A stretch of DNA of 24,734 nt. Source: Tolypothrix carrinoi HA7290-LM1. GTDB taxonomy: Bacteria; Cyanobacteriota; Cyanobacteriia; Cyanobacteriales; Nostocaceae. The translations under genes were made by a program, and so were the position numbers. The stretch covers positions 1-24,734 of the forward strand of contig JAHHIK010000121.1 of assembly GCA_019358935.1 (NCBI GenBank). Reading direction: 5' to 3'. This document shows positions 20,961 to 24,734 of the stretch, piece after piece. A model generated the notes under the pieces. It had not been told where the DNA came from, did not search any database, and saw nothing but the letters and a program-made list of their open reading frames with translations. The stretch's first letter is position 1; each line of letters begins with the position of its first letter.

Positions 20961-22289
20961 TTATGTTATGGGAATGGCGATCGCTAACTCTGTCCCTTCT
21001 CCCAAGACTGACTCACAACTCAAAAAGCCTCCATGTTTTTCTACCACTATCTGACGACTGATAGATAAGCCTAAACCTGTACCTTTGCCAACTGATTTAG
21101 TAGTAAATAAGTAATCAAAAATTTGTGATTTAACTTCTTCTGATATACCTTTGCCATTATCTTTAATCTTGATTATCACAGTTTGATTATCAAGAGATTC
21201 TGTTTTGATATTAATAATATTAGGTACTCGTTCTATATCAGCAAAACTGCGCCCTATACTAGATTCATCTAATGCGTCTATTGCATTTGCTATAATATTC
21301 ATAAATACTTGATTGAGTTGCCCCAAATAACATTTGACTAAAGGCAACTTTCCATATTGTTTAATTATTTTAATTGCTGGACGAGTCTCATTTGCTTTCA
21401 AGCGATGTTGCAAAATCATCAAAGTGCTATCGATGCCTTCGTGGATATCAGCTAATACCTTATAAGTAGTATCGGCACGGGAAAAAGTTCGCAGAGAATT
21501 GCTAATATCACGTATACGTTTCGTTCCTAATTTAGCTGAATCAATTATTTTTGGTATGTCTTCAGTCAAAAACTCTAAATCTATTTTTGCTGCATGAGTT
21601 TCAATTTCTGGATGCTCGCAGTATTGCTGGCATAGTTGCAAGTGTTTCAGCAAATCGTGAAAGTATTCTTCAATGTGGTCAACATTACCTGAAATACAAC
21701 TGAGTGGGTTATTAATTTCGTGAGCAATACCAGCCACCAACTGACCGAGAGCAGACATTTTTTCACTTTGTACTAATTGAATTTGAGCTTGTTTTAGGTC
21801 GTTTACAGATTCAGAAAGTTCAGCCGTTCGCTCTTTTACTCGTTGCTCTAACTCTTCTGTGAATTGCTTAAGTTGAATATTTTGTTCTTCCAGCTTCTTG
21901 GTTAAATTTCGCATTTTTAAATGCAGGCAAACACGGGCGATAACTTCTTCTTGCTGAAACGGTTTCGTGATATAATCTACTGCTCCTAAATTAAAACCTT
22001 TGACTTTATCTGCCGTATCATGTAACGCAGTCATAAAAATCACAGGAATGTCATGAGTTAGCGGATTCTCCTTGAGTTTCTCACAAGTGACAAAACCATC
22101 AATTCCTGACATCTGAATATCCAACAAAATCAGGTCTGGTGGGTCATATGTACTTTGCTTGAGAGCATTTTCACCGCTCGTTGCTACAGCAATTTCCAAG
22201 CCTGCATCAATCAAAGCTTCCGATATTACTGCTAAGTTAGTGGGGTTATCGTCCACAATTAAAATAATGTTATTTTCTAAGTCATGCAT
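20961..22289 (-). CDS. Cytoplasmic hybrid kinase REC-HisKA-HATPase_c (module 2)
   Basis: ILIVDD, LLDIQMSG, DYITKPF; AHEINNP; NIIANAIDA; DNGKG; LFTTKSVGKGTGLGL. Confidence 0.95.
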   Translation of the reverse strand: MHDLENNIILIVDDNPTNLAVISEALIDAGLEIAVATSGENALKQSTYDPPDLILLDIQMSGIDGFVTCEKLKENPLTHDIPVIFMTALHDTADKVKGFNLGAVDYITKPFQQEEVIARVCLHLKMRNLTKKLEEQNIQLKQFTEELEQRVKERTAELSESVNDLKQAQIQLVQSEKMSALGQLVAGIAHEINNPLSCISGNVDHIEEYFHDLLKHLQLCQQYCEHPEIETHAAKIDLEFLTEDIPKIIDSAKLGTKRIRDISNSLRTFSRADTTYKVLADIHEGIDSTLMILQHRLKANETRPAIKIIKQYGKLPLVKCYLGQLNQVFMNIIANAIDALDESSIGRSFADIERVPNIINIKTESLDNQTVIIKIKDNGKGISEEVKSQIFDYLFTTKSVGKGTGLGLSISRQIVVEKHGGFLSCESVLGEGTELAIAIPIT

Positions 22290-22315
22290 AATCAGGAAAT
22301 ATTTATTAACTAAAT

Positions 22316-24611
22316 TTAGTGATTCGTCAAATATTGCTGAAGAAAAGTTTGAATTTTTTCTATTTTAAAGTTCTTGGCTAATTGTCTAATTTCTTGAGCA
22401 AATAAAGTAAATTTTTCATCTGATTGGGCAAGCTTATCAACCTGGTCTTGTATAGCTTTAACGCGACCTTTCAAAGCTAAATCATACAGTCGAGATAAAT
22501 CTTCGGCGGGCGGTGGTACTATTGTAGTAGGCGCAAGGGAAATACTTTCATCCGGCTCGTTATCGGCTTGGTTGTTTCCTTCATAAAGCCATTTTAATCT
22601 CAAATGTACTCGTAACATTTCCAGCAGAGTTTCTACCTGCACGGGTTTAGGTAGAAACTCATTTGCCCCAGCATCTAAACTTTTATGTTGGTCAGTTTCA
22701 AACACGCTGGCAGAAGAAGCAATTATTACGACTTCTTTTAAGTGAGGCGATCGCCGCAAGTGTTGTATCATTTGAAAACCATCCATCACAGGCATAACTA
22801 AATCACTAATAATTAAGTTTGGTTGAAATTCAACGGCTTTATCTAAACCCTCTTGACCATTTTTGGCTTCAATAATGTTAAAACCAATTGGTTCTAGCAA
22901 ATTGACAATAACTGAGCGATTTTCCCATTTATCATCTACTACTAAAATCTTTCTTTGCTTCCCAGAGAAACCAATGATAATTCCATTAGAAAAGGTTTTA
23001 GCTGTTTCTGCCCAATTGGGAGCTGTTAATAACTCGACATCAAATGAAAAAATACTGCCTTCACCAAGCTGACTTTTCACAGAGATGCTACTGTTCATCA
23101 GAGAGATAATTTTTTGCGTAATTGCTAATCCTAAACCGGTTCCTTCAGACTTGCGAGATTCAGAACCAACTTGCTCAAACGGTAAAAATATTTTCTCTAA
23201 TTGCTCATCACTCATCCCCACTCCAGTATCTTCAATTTGAAAGCGAATTTTGGGAATTGGGCATTGGGCATCGGGCATTGGGCATCGGGAATTGCTAATT
23301 GGGAATTGCTAATTGGGAATTGGGAATTATTTTTATTGCCCATGCCCCATGCCCTATGCCCTATGCCCCATGCCCCATGCCCTATTACCTCTACTTTAAA
23401 AGTTACTCCTCCTTGGTCTGTAAATTTGATAGCGTTACCAAGTAGGTTAATTAACACTTGCCGCAAACGTTTTTCGTCAGCATGAATACCTTGAGGAATT
23501 TCTGATTCTACTTGGTAAGTAAAAGCAATGTTTTTTTGTTCAGCGCGGATGCGACAAATTTCGGCGACACCTTGCAAAAAAGCAGGAAAATGAAAATCTG
23601 TGGGGTAAAGTTCCATTTTCTGTGCTTCAATTTTTGAGAGGTCTAAAATATCGTTAATTAAAGTTAATAAATGAGAACCGCACTGATGAATGATGCTGAT
23701 ACCGTTGCGTTCTTTTTCTGTGAGGGTTGGCGATCGCTGAATAATTTGGGCATAGCCTAAAATACCATTAAGCGGTGTTCTCAGTTCGTGGCTCATGTTT
23801 GCCAAAAACTCGCTTTTAGCATGATTTGCCGTGTCAGCGCTGATTTTGGCTTCTTTCAGTTCTGCTGTGCGTTCTTCAACCCGAATTTCTAATTCTTGAT
23901 TGTTTTTTTCTAAAGTAGTGAAAGATTCGCGTAACTGCTGTGCCATGCGGTTAAACGATTCACCAAGAACTCCTAATTCATTGACTGCTGACTCCTGTAC
24001 TTTTTGGTTCAACTCACCGGATGCGATCGCTTCCGAGGCTTTACTTAGCCGTAAAATTGGTTGGGTAATCCAGCGCGATGTATACATGCCCAGCAAACTC
24101 GCTAACACCAACGCCCCCAAACATAGTAAAATTGTCGTGCGGGTGTTGGCGTTAATTTGCCCCATAAAGTCAGATTCTGGTACGGCAATAACTACCAGCC
24201 AATCTAACCCCCATTGATCGCGCCAAGGTGTTACCTGAATAAACTGCCGCTGACCATTAACTAAAAAGTCAAGTTGCTGGCTATTCTTGATTTTGCTCAA
24301 GTCGCCAAAATGCTGTGTTAAGTATTTCGCGCTTGCTTGAACTAAGGCATCACTGCTATCTATTGCTTTCAGCCGTTGCGGTTTTTTATCTACCATTGTG
24401 AAAGGCTTCTCGCTGGTGGAAGTGGCAACTATTAAGCCGTTGCGCTCTAAAATAAAAGTTTTGCCGTTGGGACTAACTTTTAACTGTTGCAAGAAATCAC
24501 CAATTTGAGACAGACGCTGGTCAATACCGATGACACCTATCAAGTTTTTGTTTTTATCATAAACAGGACGGTTGGCAGAAACTGCTAGGGGAAAGGGCTG
24601 TATTTCCCATT
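22316..24611 (-). pseudogene. Membrane hybrid histidine kinase (dCache-like sensor-TM-HAMP-HisKA-HATPase-REC), frameshifted and 5'-interrupted by an IS
   Basis: The frame of ORF 23212..24543 continues upstream as [30 protein letters not shown] to a TAA at 24610-24612 at the IS junction. The HATPase is split by a 134-nt (3n+2) insert; G1/G2 boxes and REC are in 22316..23278. Confidence 0.88.
23251..23385. repeat. Intragenic inverted STRR heptamer array
   Basis: 11 units TGGGAAT/TGGGCAT/TGCTAAT (23251-23327), 9-nt spacer TATTTTTAT, 7 units GCCCCAT/GCCCTAT-type (23337-23385). Confidence 0.95.
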
Positions 24612-24734
24612 AGACCTCTTGCAAAAGTCACTCAGGAAGATTTGATTTTGGGGAGACAAAGCTCGTAATTGTAGAGAGCAGCAATCAGATTAAACCTTAA
24701 ACTAAATCTTTTTCGACGGTTTCTATAAGTAAGG
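24612..24734 (-). mobile_element. Downstream end of an IS5-family (ISL2/IS702-like) insertion sequence, partial
   Basis: The transposase C-terminus is followed by a probable terminal repeat, AGACCTCTTGCAAAAGTC on the + strand from about 24612, where the kinase frame breaks. Confidence 0.82.
24632..24733 (-). CDS. C-terminal 33 aa of an IS5-family (DDE_Tnp_4, IS702-like) transposase, running off the window
   Basis: Manual translation LTYRNRRKRFSLRFNLIAALYNYELCLPKIKSS* matches the YRNRRxRFxLRFNLIAxxYNxEL C-terminus I recall for this group. Not in the ORF track. Confidence 0.82.
   Translation of the reverse strand, partial: LTYRNRRKRFSLRFNLIAALYNYELCLPKIKSS

Noticed and set aside
23201..23485. 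Plus-strand 94-aa ORF and other short antisense ORFs inside ligA, the GNAT, the peroxidase and the kinases
   Set aside because: These are shadow frames of well-supported genes or translations of STRR repeats.

Overview
Chromosomal DNA from a heterocyst-forming (Nostocales-type) cyanobacterium, judged from about 20 HIP1 octamers (GCGATCGC), heptamer STRR arrays, small dispersed repeats and MITE-like elements. Left to right: a probably truncated secreted TPR-type gene; a 10x21-bp tandem array; an Rpn-like putative nuclease; a minus-strand TonB receptor/small unknown ORF/HugZ-type cluster (probably heme uptake); truB; a DUF1400 alpha/beta hydrolase; an EamA transporter; an Eis-like GNAT; a 19-aa-repeat acidic protein; a large di-heme cytochrome c peroxidase; ligA; then two tandem paralogous signalling modules, each a membrane hybrid histidine kinase followed by a REC-HisKA-HATPase kinase. 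The main observation is that both membrane hybrid kinases are split by a frameshift at the same loop of the HATPase domain (between VEV and KIxF..DTGxG). Each split coincides with a different inverted, hairpin-forming array of 7-bp repeats (232 and 134 nt), and a one-heptamer change would restore either frame. This could be a repeat-driven on/off switch, pseudogene decay or assembly error. The second kinase is also cut at its 5' end by an IS5-family (ISL2/IS702-like) element that enters at the right edge of the window.
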